DNA of 64,000 nt. It comes from Lama glama. Lineage: Eukaryota. Positions 24,617 through 36,770 of this stretch are shown piece by piece. The stretch spans positions 11,472,001-11,536,000 of the forward strand of contig CM052832.1 in NCBI GenBank assembly GCA_028534125.1, in the 5' to 3' direction. The translations under genes were made by a program, and so were the position numbers. The notes beneath the pieces were generated by a model. The model did not search any database, was not told the origin of the DNA, and worked only from the letters and a program-made list of their open reading frames with translations. Each line of letters opens with the position of its first letter. The first letter of the stretch is position 1.

Positions 24617-26409
24617 ATGCCTTTCAGAAATTGATCTGTGGCTTGAAACAAGATCAAGATACATCTATAAAGGAATGGATAATAGTTCCTGTGAGAGAGC
24701 ATAATGGTTAGACTAATTTGTTCTGGAAAAAAAGAAAGCTGTGAATGAGGAACTCAAAAACTGGTTTTTAAGTACCGGTGCTCCTGCTGTAATGGAATAA
24801 ATGGGAAATTGCATACTAAAAAGATAGCAGGGACTGTAGGAAAATTAAAGACTAGGAAGACCTCTCAAAATCCATACAATTTTATAACTAGTACTCTAAC
24901 AAAGCCAATTACAATCCTAATAAAAAATAATGATATAAATAAAAAGGCATGTTAAATTCCTAATGCATAAGGAAACCCTGTGTAAAACATCCATTTTTTT
25001 TTCCAAAATGAGGCTATCATGATGGAAGAGAGTTAAGGAAGCGCTGAGGGCTGGTTATAGAGATGTGAACAACACATACCATGATGGGAAGGGCCCCACA
25101 ACAAGGAAGAAGTGCTTTCTTCCAGGAAAGAGCCCTGGCCACACAGGACCAGGAGAAGGCAGTTGGGGACGGGGGACTGTGTACCGTCCTGAGCTTCTCC
25201 ACAGCCTGCCAGGCCCAGCTCTGCCAGCTGATTTTGTATTGAATGACCTTTTCTTAGGGATACAAAACTTTAATTTACTAGGGAAAAAAATCCTATGTGA
25301 AACAGGTGAGTCTGCTATATGACACTGACATCAGCTCCCTGCTAACCAAATGGGCATGAGTGATGCCTCTCAAAGAAACAGTTGTATGAGAACTGACTTG
25401 CTCCTATACAGAAGGACCAATAAGCTGTAATTCATCTTTAAAGAGACTCAAAAAGGAAGAACTAATTTTCAATTGTATTGAAACTATAGTCGATCATGTG
25501 AAAAAGACATTTTGTCAGAAAAGGTAATTAGATGGATATAGACTCTGGGAATCGTTAAGAGCAGGACAGATGGGCATCTTTCTGGGACGACTCAGTGTAT
25601 CTGGAGACGACAAGAGAAAGCAGATTTCTTACAGTCCTTCCTGCAACGATTCAGAACGTTGAAATTCCCAGGCATGCAGTTATCTGAGTGACAGCTCATA
25701 ACCTGTACAACTGATGTCTTCATAAAATTGATTGAATGCTTTGCTGTCATCGTCTGGAGATCTAACGACAACCAGAAAATGATTTGAGCAAGCTGGAGGG
25801 CTGTGGAGGATATTAGCTGACAAGAGGCAACACTAATAATTGTCGCCTATAAAGAAGGAAGCGATGATTTGGTGGGAATGTCAGCCAAAAACAAAAGATG
25901 GATGGCTGCCTCCCAAGAGTCCTGACCAGGTGGTCTTACCTTAGTGAGTGCAACAACGTCTAGGACCTGGCCTGTGCTGGGTGGACTCAGGAAGGCTGTC
26001 CCCTGCCAGTCACTATGACTCTGGTTAGTTTATTAATTTACCATGGAGGATGTTCTTTTATAGACAGGAAATCAAACTGCTGCAATCCAGGGCCTCTTCT
26101 GCCAGGGAACAAAGTAGATGAGCTACTGGAAGGTTAATGAGTAGGCATCCCCCAAACACAAAGGGAATCAAAACAGAGAAGAGTTTTGAGAGCTAGGTTT
26201 TCATGGTCATGGTGAAGCCCCAGCAGGTGTCCAAGACCCACAGGAGCAAGTATCCCTGCAGCAAGACCACCACTCTTCTGTGCACATACCCTTTTCTCCC
26301 TAAAAGACAGAATGCCATTTATTAGGTTTCTGCTTACTAAACTGTAACTATATCCCCCTCCCGCCTCCCAAGGATGAACCCCAAGTCACTTTGTTTTGGT
26401 TCATAGAAA

Positions 26410-26945
26410 TAATCAGTTTTAGTTTGGGTCTCTTGATTTTCAGGAATAGAAATCCAGTTGAGCTGGCTCAGGCTCAGGATGCATGTGTGGTGATGACAAG
26501 AACCTCACCAAGATATAGCAGTATGATCTGAGAGCCCTCTGTGCTGGAAGGGGAGCCAGAGCCAGAACCTGGGGGCCCCCAGGAACCAGCAGGGCTCCAG
26601 AGCCCAGCACACTCCCTGGGCCTCCCTTGGTGCCTCCTGCTCCCTCTGTGCATGTGACCTGCTGGCCCTGCTGACCACCCGCCCCTCTTCCTCATGGCTT
26701 TGGTCTGCTCTGGCCCCAGCATCTGAAAGCATCTTTTAACATTGTGTCCCCCAGGCTAATGAGCTAGTTATTTGCTTGTTTCTTAGCTCAGAATTATAAG
26801 AAAGAGAACTTGACTGGCCCAATTTCTCCTTTCTAGGCCTTCAGTTCAACACCTGCTGGCCAACTTAAGAATGTGCTGTCTCTGGATTAGAAACACATCT
26901 CTGGTCCAGGCAGATGTGGCCAGGGAGGAAGAGAGGTCTTGTGTT
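26410..26945 (-). mobile_element. Old MaLR LTR remnant (MLT1L/M-like)
   Basis: ttagtttgggtctcttgattttcaggaatagaaatccagttgagct…gagaacttgactggccc…tggtccaggcagatgtggccaggg. Confidence 0.4.
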
Positions 26946-27813
26946 TCAGAAAGTGGCCACCTGGGCAGCAGAGGGTGTGACAAGGGAGGCTTGTCTTGTA
27001 TAAACAGGATGGGTAGAGCAGGCGCAGTGATGGACACCCCGTATCCTCTCGGTTCTCTCTCACGGGTGTGCAGTTTTTGCCAGTTCAACTCTTACAGGGG
27101 GACTTGGTCTCCTTTATTTCTAGGTTCTCCAAGCCACACCTTGCCCTTGCTTCTTTGTTTTACCAACAGTAATAGTGACTCGTCTTTATAAAGTGCATTA
27201 TGATATATAGGGGTTTTATTTATTTTTATCTAGTCAAATTCATTGATCTTTTCTTTTATGACTTCCTCCGTAGCTTTTGTATTAGAAAGGGTCATTGCAA
27301 TAGTAATAATGATGGGTTGTTCATTGCCTGGAATTTGTTTAATGCTTTCCTGAGTTTTCTTATAGTTTTTTTTTTGTTGTTGTTCTATTTTTCACACTCG
27401 ATTCATTTGGGATTTATTGTGGAGTGGGGTATAAGCTGAGACTCTGAGTTGAATCTTTTTCAAAGAACCAATTTCCCCAACACCTATTTCATTTAATGAA
27501 ATGCCTTAAAATAAAATTTCTTCTCCTCATAGGAGAGTCATTTCAGATGTTCAGAAGGCAGCCGATGCATTCTAATCTCATCGTAGCAGTAATGTACATT
27601 CTGACACGATAATTTTCATACAAATATTTCAAAAATAACTTCACCAGCAGATACTGTTATCTAGATATCAGAATAACCCTGCAGAAAAGTGCCAACTGTT
27701 ATGTAAACCGGGAAGCTGACCGGTAGGGATGGCAGGCACGCCTCTCTGCAGGTGGGTGGCCCCCGCAGACTGAGGGCTTTCTCAGCACTCTCTAAAGGGA
27801 AGGGGCTGTCTTT

Positions 27814-27967
27814 ATTTTTTCTATAATTGAAAATTTTATTTTAAAAAATTCAATTTTTTATCTACCAAATACATGTTTTTGCTGCCACTGCTTCTCCCAA
27901 CATTTTTTTTAATTGAAGTATAGTCAGCTTACAATGTGTCAATTTCTGGTGTACAGCATATTGCTTC
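27814..27967 (-). mobile_element. Short L1 3' end (27903-27967) with an apparent 3'-transduced flank (27821-27902) inside one TSD pair
   Basis: ttttttttaattgaagtatagtcagcttacaatgtgtcaatttctggtgtacagcat is an antisense L1 terminus. TSD ggggctgtcttt (27802-27813) / gagactgtcttt (27968-27979), followed by AA. Confidence 0.7.
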
Positions 27968-28904
27968 GAGACTGTCTTTAAAGCAGCACAAGTGGGGCTC
28001 ACCTTGCTCACTTGCCAGGGAAAGACAGGTGGTGCCATGTTTTTTCACTTCTAAGGAGGAAAAGTGTATTCCATTGTCTTATACTGATGGAAAAGGGGAA
28101 TAATGGTAGAGATAATGGTAGAGATAGGCATAGGGGCTTTGTCAGGGATGCCGAACAGGGAAGAGCTGAAAATAGCAGAGGGTTTGCTGTGTCCCCTGTC
28201 GACCACCCTGAAATCACTGATGAGTCCCTGGATGAAAACTGCTGATCGCTTTCAAAAACAGAACACGCAAGAGTGGGGAATCTCCCCTCCCTCAAGTGGC
28301 TGTTCTGCTCAGAGTGGAGATGGCCATGGTTTGGTGTGGGCTTCATGTAATAACATGACCCCGAGGATCAGCCCCACTCTTTAATGCACAGTCTGCACCA
28401 CAGTTTACTTAAGCCTAAAATATGCACGCGCGGCTCCACAGCAGACGTGCTAGTTCAAGCCCAGACCTTCAGAGGAGGCCGTGAAACACCACACAGTGGC
28501 ATACGTGCAGCCACCGGGCCCCTGTGCTCCCCTTCCGGCAGGTAGATGTCTGCTGTTAGGCAACATTTAAAAAGCAGAGAAGGTGCCGAGCACACCTGGG
28601 CTGCACCACTCACTAATCAGGCATCTCTTGAACAAAAGCACAGTCCAGGCAGTTTGTGTAGAGAAAACAGTAAGAGCAGGAGCCTGGGTGGCTGCTTGAG
28701 CAAAGCTGAAGGGGGGCCCAGGGGCGGGGCAGCCAGAGGGAGGGCCCTGGGGACTCCACCACGTCTGGCATCAGTGTCTGCTCAGAGCTGGTGCTGCCCC
28801 AAAAGGACTGGGAGTAAACAGAGATGCTCTGGACCAGCCAAACTCTGTGCGTCTAAGCGCAGACTGTAGGTCACTAAGAGTCAAAGAGGTGAAGTCCCCA
28901 CCAC

Positions 28905-29075
28905 AGTAACAATAGCTAACTTTGATAGAGGCACTATTTATTATCCTCTTATTATAGATAAAGAAGCTGAGGTCTAGGAAGGCTAATAGACATGCCCCCA
29001 AAACATACAGCTAGTAAGGGGGAGAGCCACACCCGGAACCTGGTTTCTATTGGGCTCCAAGCTCAGTGCCCTTAG
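28905..29075 (-). repeat. MIR fragment
   Basis: ttatagataaagaagctgaggtctaggaaggctaatagacatgccccaaaacatacagctagtaag…ggagccacacccggaacctgg. Confidence 0.65.
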
Positions 29076-29359
29076 ATGCCAGGGAAATTCACAAACCAGC
29101 TAAGAAGGAGGCCTTAGGCCCTGGTTGTTAGCTGTAGGAAGGTCACATGTCCTCTCTAAGTTCAAGTTGATGATAAGCCTGAAGAGGAGCCAGGGAAGGA
29201 AGCCTTTCCCCATCGTTACTCCCAGGAAAATAATATAGGAAGGAGGTAGAGAGGTTGGCGGGTATTGGAGAAGGGCTAAGTCAGTTAAGGGAGGGCCAGC
29301 CTGCCTTCCTAGGGTCTTTCTAGAGTTTAAAAAGTTATGGATTCTTTTGAGGATTATTT

Positions 29360-30290
29360 CTGTTTCTTTTTAATTGCACAAGTGGTTCGTGGGTGCAGGT
29401 TGCTGCAGAATGTTCAAATGCTACAGTGATACACATATCAAAATGTAAGAGCTCCCCCTTGATTTCCTCTCCACTGGAACCAACCATGTCCCCTCCGCAG
29501 AGGAGTAACCACTTCCAGCAATTTGGTACATGTCCTTCCATCCCCTTCTGTGCATTTGTATGTAGATAGATGATAGATAGATAGCCAGACAGCAGACATG
29601 TACAAATACCTTGTTCTGTTGCATAAATAGGACCCTAATGTACATGTTCTTCTGCACCTTGCTTTTCTCCCTTAACAGTGAGTAAGGGTCTACTGCTCAC
29701 CATTTTTGATGGGGCTGTTTTTAAGTATAAGTAAACCATGATCTATTTAACTACTCCCTTGTAACAGACATTTCATTTTTCTCCAGTTTTTCCCTATCAC
29801 AACGAATGCATTTTTGTGCACAAATATGAGCATATCTGAGATGGATGCCTGGAAACAGAACTGGGGAGAAGAGCAGTAGATATGTATTTTCAGTTTTCAT
29901 GAGGACTTCCCAGTTGCCTTTCCAAAAGGGTTTCATTGGTTTATATTCCCTTCTGTGTGTGACAGTACCCATTCCTCTGCATCCTTGTTTCTACGTGATA
30001 ATATCAGTCATTTTTGGTTTTGCCAGTTGGAGAGCAAAGAATTGGTATTACTGTCTTAATTTGCATTTCTCTGACAGCTGGTAGAAGTGAGTGCTTTTTC
30101 ATGTGTCTCAGATCCTTTGTCCATTGGTTGCTTGAATTGCTCTTTTTTGATTTGTAGGAGCTCTTTGCATCTTCTGGATAGTGGGCCTTTCTCTGTGGAA
30201 AATGAGGCAGATGTTTTCTTCCAGCCTGTCACTTGTTATAACTTTCTCTTAAGATTTTTGGAACAGTTGCTTCTCTCTAATTTTTAAAAA
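29360..30290 (-). mobile_element. Ancient L1M (L1ME-like) 3' region
   Basis: Antisense L1 3' motifs: gtaaccacttccagcaatttgg…, ttaatttgcatttctctga, tttgtaggagctctttg. Confidence 0.7.
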
Positions 30291-31539
30291 TTGCCTTGGA
30301 GAAGACTGATTTGTCTGCTCTTCTTTTGTTGAAGTTGTCCACAGTTGGGAATTATCAACCCTGTCTCACCATAAGTAACACTGCCCCAAAGAAGATGTCC
30401 AAGATAAAACCTTGGTCTTCGGCACAGATCTCACTGAAACATATATGGGTCAGAACCAGACATGATGACGGCAGATTATTTGGTCTTTGGCCAGTAACCA
30501 CTACATGTCTCCTGCCTGTGTACAGATGGTTGAACCTCTTACCAGACCACAAGTCTGGTGATTTTATTGCTGAAAACGTAAGCTTTATAAAGAGGTAAAA
30601 ACTGATTTTATTAACTTAATCTTTTTTGAAGACATCTTTAATGATGCCTGAATATTTTAAAAACTTAATTGTGTTTTGCAAAACAACTTATTAACACATG
30701 TTGAGATGGTGCTAAAATCTAGAAAACCTGCTAATAAATAATTGGAATGTCGCAGTACCTAGCAATTCATTAGCAAGTACTAGGATCCTTGGGTACTCCC
30801 TTTGGTTGGAAGACAAAACCAAATAATTAAGGAATGACTACAGAAATGGGTAATATGCCAAGTAAACTTAATAGACAAGGGACAACAAAGACATAACATT
30901 TATTATTTGCCTGCACCCTGTAATCCACAGCAAGGCCAAATCTGTGTTTGAAGGTTGTGAAACAATGTATTCCTGCAGAAGTATCTTGTAAAAAGGAAAA
31001 ACTATGTCATGGAGAGGCATCATGAAAGGTTTAGTTTCACATCACCCCCAGTGAGATACCTGGAACAAAACCTTTATTAGCTCCCGTTACAGAGGTGATG
31101 TCGCATGTAAAAGGCGGTCTGATAACCTGGAAGGCCAGCTACCATATCGACAGGGGGCAGAGCTGAACTGGGAAAACCTCTGGCCCAACAGCCACTAGGG
31201 TGTGATGGTGACTTTCTAGTCAGCCCTCAATGGGACAATAATGACAATTCTTCTCTGCTGTTGTTACTGGGAGCAGAGAATGAACTGCAGAGGGAGGAGG
31301 TCAGAGTCAGGGTTAACTCAAGCTGCTGCCAAAGTCAAAAAGTTGTTCAACTGCTAAAGTAGAATCCAAGGACACTGATTCCAAAAGAGAGAAGTGCATT
31401 GAATAGAAGGGTCTGGTGGTGAGGGAAACAGCAGATTTGGCAGGAGTCTCCCAGTGGGAAGTTGGCCACCTTTAAATTGGAATTCTAGGTAATAAGTAGT
31501 AAAGATTGCATTCTAAAGATTAATGTTCTCAAGCCACAG

Positions 31540-32580
31540 CTCCAGTCAACCTCTCTTCTCCCACTCGGAAACCTCTACGACCTATGCATCACCAAACAGA
31601 AGTGTTCATGCCCCTTTAGCCTTTCCAAATTCTACCTCCTTGTTGATATAATTATACTAAATTCATATACTTATATGAGGATTGGGTTGCTTGTCTTACC
31701 AAAAAAAGAGATAAAAATCATATTATGTACATTTCTCTGCATCCTACTTTTCACTGCATCCTGAATTTCATATGTATATGAACATATGTATTTCATATAT
31801 ATGTAAAATTCCTCCAGATCAAATGATGTGACTGTATTTCATTCCTTTTAATGGCTGCGTAATATTTTATAAAGCAGTTGCATTACAGCATTTTCCTGTC
31901 ATTTTCCAGTTGACAAATATTCACTTTATTCCATTTTTCTGCCGTGTAAAATGTGCTGTGATAAATACTCATGCACATATATCCTTATATACTGCTGCTT
32001 TTACTTCTATGGAAACTTTTCCCGTAAAGGACCAGATAGAAAATATTTTAGGCTTTCTGGGCTTCATATGGTCTCTGTTGCATATTTTTCTTCTTCTTCT
32101 TCTTTTTTTACAACTCTATAAAAATGTAAAAACCATTCTTAGCTCACAGTCCAAAGCCATACAAAAACAGACCGCAGGACAGATTGGCTTGCCAGCCCCA
32201 GTTTGCCAACCCTTGGAATAGAGTCTTAGGAGTAGGATTTCTTCCTAAGAGTATTATAATTTTTGCTGCTTTAGTGATGGAATATTGTTCCATTTCCTGG
32301 GATAGAAAAAAATCTATTTAAAAAAACATATTTTTCTTGTACCCTGTCATCTTACCAAATTCTCTTTTCAGTTTTAGTGGGCTTTTTCTTGCTGTAGTTT
32401 CTTGCATTTTCTAGAAATGAAATCATATTTATCATAAAAGAAATATCTTTTTCTGGTATTTACACTTGTATTTTATTTTCTTGTCTTATTGCATTCACTA
32501 GAGCCTCTGAATCACTATTAGCTAATCACAGTAACAGCTTCTATCTTGTTCCCAAGTTTAATGAAAATGGCTTAAGATTA
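31540..32580 (-). mobile_element. Ancient L1M fragment interrupted by a MER58
   Basis: ttcattccttttaatggctgcgtaatatt…tgctgtgataaatactcatgcacatat…ttttcttgtcttattgcatt…tatcttgttccc. Confidence 0.6.
32013..32215. mobile_element. MER58C-like hAT-Charlie element
   Basis: aaactttttcccgtaaaggaccagatagaaaatattttaggcttt…aaaaatgtaaaaaccattcttagctc…gtttgccaacccttg. Confidence 0.75.
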
Positions 32581-33859
32581 CATCATTTAGAATGATAAAA
32601 GACATCACATGAATATGATAAGTATTGCCATAGATCACTCAAGTCCAGGCTGTTAGAATTTCTGTAATGTGAATTTGATGTGAGGCAAATCCACAGTGGT
32701 CTAGACACAAGACCAGAAAGGCAGATAAGGGAGAGATTCAGTGTTTGAGAACTGGGCTGATTGGTGGGTCTGAGGATCAAGTAGGCACAGATGTCTGAGG
32801 TTTGGTAAGAAATTAAATACAGCATATTAAATGCAGCATAAAGTCAGCTAATGAGCAGGGTGAAGGAGGAAGATGAGTCTGCCCATATGATGGGAAAGGA
32901 AAATACTATGGATGCGATTTGTAAGCCCTAACTGGACAGGTGGCCAGTGAAAGGGTATATTCTTGTAATTAAAAACAAAGTAGTGTGAGTTTCCAGTTCT
33001 GGACAAGGTAACCACACTCCATCCTGTCCACCCTACTGAACTATACCTATAAACTGTAAACCGCAGACAGAATGCATGGAGCAGCTATCTGAGAACTCCA
33101 AAAAGTAAGTGGTCACAAGGAAGGGAAGGAGAAGGAGGAAAGGCGACCAGAATTCAAGATGCCATCAAACTGGCATCTCTAGAAAATCTTCTGGTAGCAG
33201 CCACAGCCAAACAGAAGCCTAAAACTCTGATGGAGGTGACACCTGCCTTCTGCCCAGAGGAACCATGGTACCAAACACATGGGAAGACTTCCCGTTGCTC
33301 TTTTTCTCTGACCTCCCACTACTTGGTCCCAGATGCAGACACAGTCTTGGGAGTTGCCTGGCAGCGTGGAGGGGACCAGGAGCCAGGCCTCATAGCGACA
33401 TATTGCTGCCTTTCCACCACACCCAGAGAAAGCTGGTCTCCAGGAAGAAGAGCTAATGAGCTTCTGATGTCAGCTTCATTTCCAAGGTGTCACCCCAAAG
33501 AGTAGGAAAGAGAGTAGTTCACCTCAACATGCGGATTATGAGCCCAGATCTGGGAAATCTGCTTTCCATTGAAATATGGGCAGTAGAAAACTAGGGGCTG
33601 TTAGACCAGAAAATAAACCTGGCCCCCCTAATACTAGCCAAGCCTGTAAGAAATCCATCAGTGGACCGGCTGGAGTATTTGGTTTCCTCTGCCTCTCTCC
33701 TTGCTGGCGTGGCTACCAGAGGGTTAGCTCTGCTTGTCAGAGGCTTTGTTACCTGTAGACAGTAGTGGTCTTTTTCAGACAAGGAGGATGAGGAACAGGA
33801 GGTAAAGTCTAGAGTAGGTGCTGTCAGAGCCCCACCACACCCCAGGTGCACACCGTGTG

Positions 33860-34262
33860 TGAGCAGGAGCACCACCTCATCTGCTAGCACCTTCCAGCCT
33901 GCCCGAGGGCCTTCTCTGACCATCCGAGAGAGGCACGTGGGGCAGGCTAGTGCTAGGGAACCAACACGCCCTGCCAAGAGGCCTCAGCCCTCGACTGTTA
34001 GACATTAGTGTGTACACATCCACCCCCCTCGCCCCCCGGAGGGACAGCTCGGCAGTCTGTGTCCTGCACTGTCCCCCAGAGGCCCCCAGTGGGATTGAGC
34101 TGCACTTGCCCACAGGGGGAACTGGCTTGCTCTTGCCTCTTTTACTGGCTACTTTCTCTCTCTGTCTCATCTTCCCACTTTCTTATCAGTTTGTCGAGGG
34201 ATTAGTTCCCAACTAAGCTACTTGTACTAGGGTCTGCTTCTGGAAGATACCACACTAAGGCA
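33860..34262 (+). mobile_element. LTR16-like ERVL LTR remnant
   Basis: The 3' end ctacttgtactagggtctgcttctggaagataccacactaaggca resembles the LTR16 terminus; the 5' boundary is uncertain. Confidence 0.45.
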
Positions 34263-36349
34263 GGAGCCATCATAACTCAAATGGTGAAGGGAAGGCAGGG
34301 GAACTGGCAGTGGGATTATGCAGGCTGGATCTGAGAGAATTAAAGTGAGTGGAAAAACCGTAGGAAGGCCTCGGGCCCCTTCGACAGCTTCCTAGAAGTC
34401 ACTGTCAATCTTGATAACGTCACAGTTAGGAATCAGGGGTGCTCTGCCTGCCGTCCAGATACTTAGTTGTTCCTTTCCTGCATACATGCAAGATCGCAGC
34501 TCACCCATCATTCATCCACTGTACTGGCACAGTCGGTGAGTTCCTAAGATCCAGGTAAAAACCACCAGTCCCACTAAACACCCCCTCATTGCAAAAATAA
34601 CAACCACAGAGGATCGTTGGCACGAGTCTGCTGACACGTAGTCCATGGAAAACAGATTTCTGTGATTCTGCGGTACAGAAAGTCATTACCTCAAGCACGT
34701 TGTCTCCAGCACACAACATCCTAAGGCCCAGAGGAAAGTTCTCAGCAGAAACTGCATGTCACACATAGTCACTCTTCCCCCATACCCTTGACTATGAAGA
34801 GTAAAGATAATATTCATCACCACAGAGAAGGAGTCAGGTCTGTTTCCAGCGACAGGTCAGCATCACAGTCCTTTCACATGAGTCTGAATGGATTCAGAAG
34901 CTTCTTCCCACATCCCCACTGAACCCCTCATCCCTCCCTTCCCACATCCCTCCCTGCCACACACCCACTGAACCCCTCAAAGCCAGAGCTGCTTCAGGTT
35001 GAGGCCTTTCAGGACGAAGTACAGTCCTCGGATTCCTCTCCTAATTCCTTGGCCGCTTCTTGGGTCTCCTGATGCTGACCAAATCTAGATCAGGTGTGTT
35101 TGTTTTGGACCCCATGAGGCCAGGCCAGCGTGGCTAGCATAGCGCTGTCTGCAAAATATTAGCTTTTGATACTTTTAAGGAGGGTGAAAAGAACAAACTC
35201 AACCAAATTTCATTTCTTCAGCAGTTTGTGAGCTCAGATCAGCATCAGTTAGGAATCTGATCAGCCAGGCTGTGTTGGGGAAAAAGCCACCCTTTTCCAG
35301 TTTGCACGGCCTCTCGCCTGCCCTGATAAACCACGGTCCTCTTCCTGGAGGAGGGGCAGCATTAGAGGAGACTTCTCCCCAGGAGTCTCACAGATCCCAG
35401 GCTCAGCAGCCTGGGACAGCCAAACAGCACCACGCTTCCTTTTCATTTCCAGATTATGATGGCCAGAGTCCCTGCTGGCTTTACTGCTGAAAATCCATCC
35501 ACTGGTCTCAAAGCAAACCCCCAGTCTGTTCCCAAGAGGCTCTCTAAGAACGGGCCTCCTGAACGCTGGAGCACATGCCTGGGGTTCCTCCCCCGGCCTC
35601 CTCTTCCTCTGAACCGCAGAGGCTGCCATTTGCTGGGCCCACTGCCATCTGATGGTGGCATTGCCGGTGGCCACCGCTCCAGCCTCAGGGACCCTGCTCC
35701 CCAGTTACTGCATCTGACAAGGCCGGGAAGACTTCTACAGGACTTTACCAAGGGCTTGAGGCTCATGGAAATGCTCCCTGGAGAGCAGCTTTTCTAGAAA
35801 CTACACCTGGCAGCAGGGCTCTTGGCGGGCCCTGACCCAGTGGCCCTGGGGCCTTGTTCTTAGAGGCCTCCGTCCTCCCTTACCCAGGCGCTCCAAGGAG
35901 CAACCTGCCTTGAACCCCAGGCCCAGCTGCCGCTTTTCCTGTTCACGCTCTCCAGGCCACTGTCTGGACTCCTAACCATGACAAATAGTTCATAGCAGTC
36001 TGTTTTCCCAAACTGAGCTATTCAGTCTTAAGTGACACAAATGTGTTACTAGTCCAGGTGGGCTGCACCCAGTGACCAGCTCCTTGTCAGATCTTTCCTC
36101 AAAAGCAGTGTTTCTCAGTGGGGACGCCCTTGGCCTGTTGAGATAGGCAGTTCTTTATTGTGCAGGTCCAGGCCCAGCTTGCTGAACACCCGTAGTGTAT
36201 TTCTCGTCATTGCAGTCACTATTCAGGACCTGGATGAGAGCCTCCGTTAATATGCAAGATGAGGACAAGATTAAATCCCACCACAGTCTGTCCTCTGCTC
36301 CCAAAGAGCTGGAGCCAGTGCTCAGACAAGAACACATGGCTACACCATA

Positions 36350-36398
36350 TATATTAGTCGAGGTTCTTCAGAGAAACAGAACCAATAGGAAATGTGTG

Positions 36399-36437
<39 letters not shown>

Positions 36438-36770
36438 GAGAGATTGGCTTGTTTTAAGGAATTTACTCATGAGATGGTGGAGGCTGGCATGCTCAAATTC
36501 TGCAGGACAAGTCTGCAGGCTGGAGACCCAGGGAAGAGTTGATGTTGCAGTTCAAGTCCCAGTGAAGTCTGGAATTCCTTCTTCCCCAGGGAACCTCAGT
36601 CTTTTTTTTTCTTAAAGCCTTCAACTGATTGGGCAAGGCCCATCCACAGTCAGGAGGAACGGAATCTGCTGATGTAAATGTTAATCACACCTAAAAGCTG
36701 CATCCTGTTGTTTGGCCAAATATCTGGACACCAGATCATAGCCAAGTTGACCACAAAATTAACCATCACA
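36350..36770 (-). mobile_element. MLT2-type ERVL solo LTR containing (GA)15 at 36401-36430
   Basis: tattagtcgaggttcttcagagaaacagaaccaatagga … gccaagttgaccacaaaattaaccatcaca termini. Confidence 0.85.
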
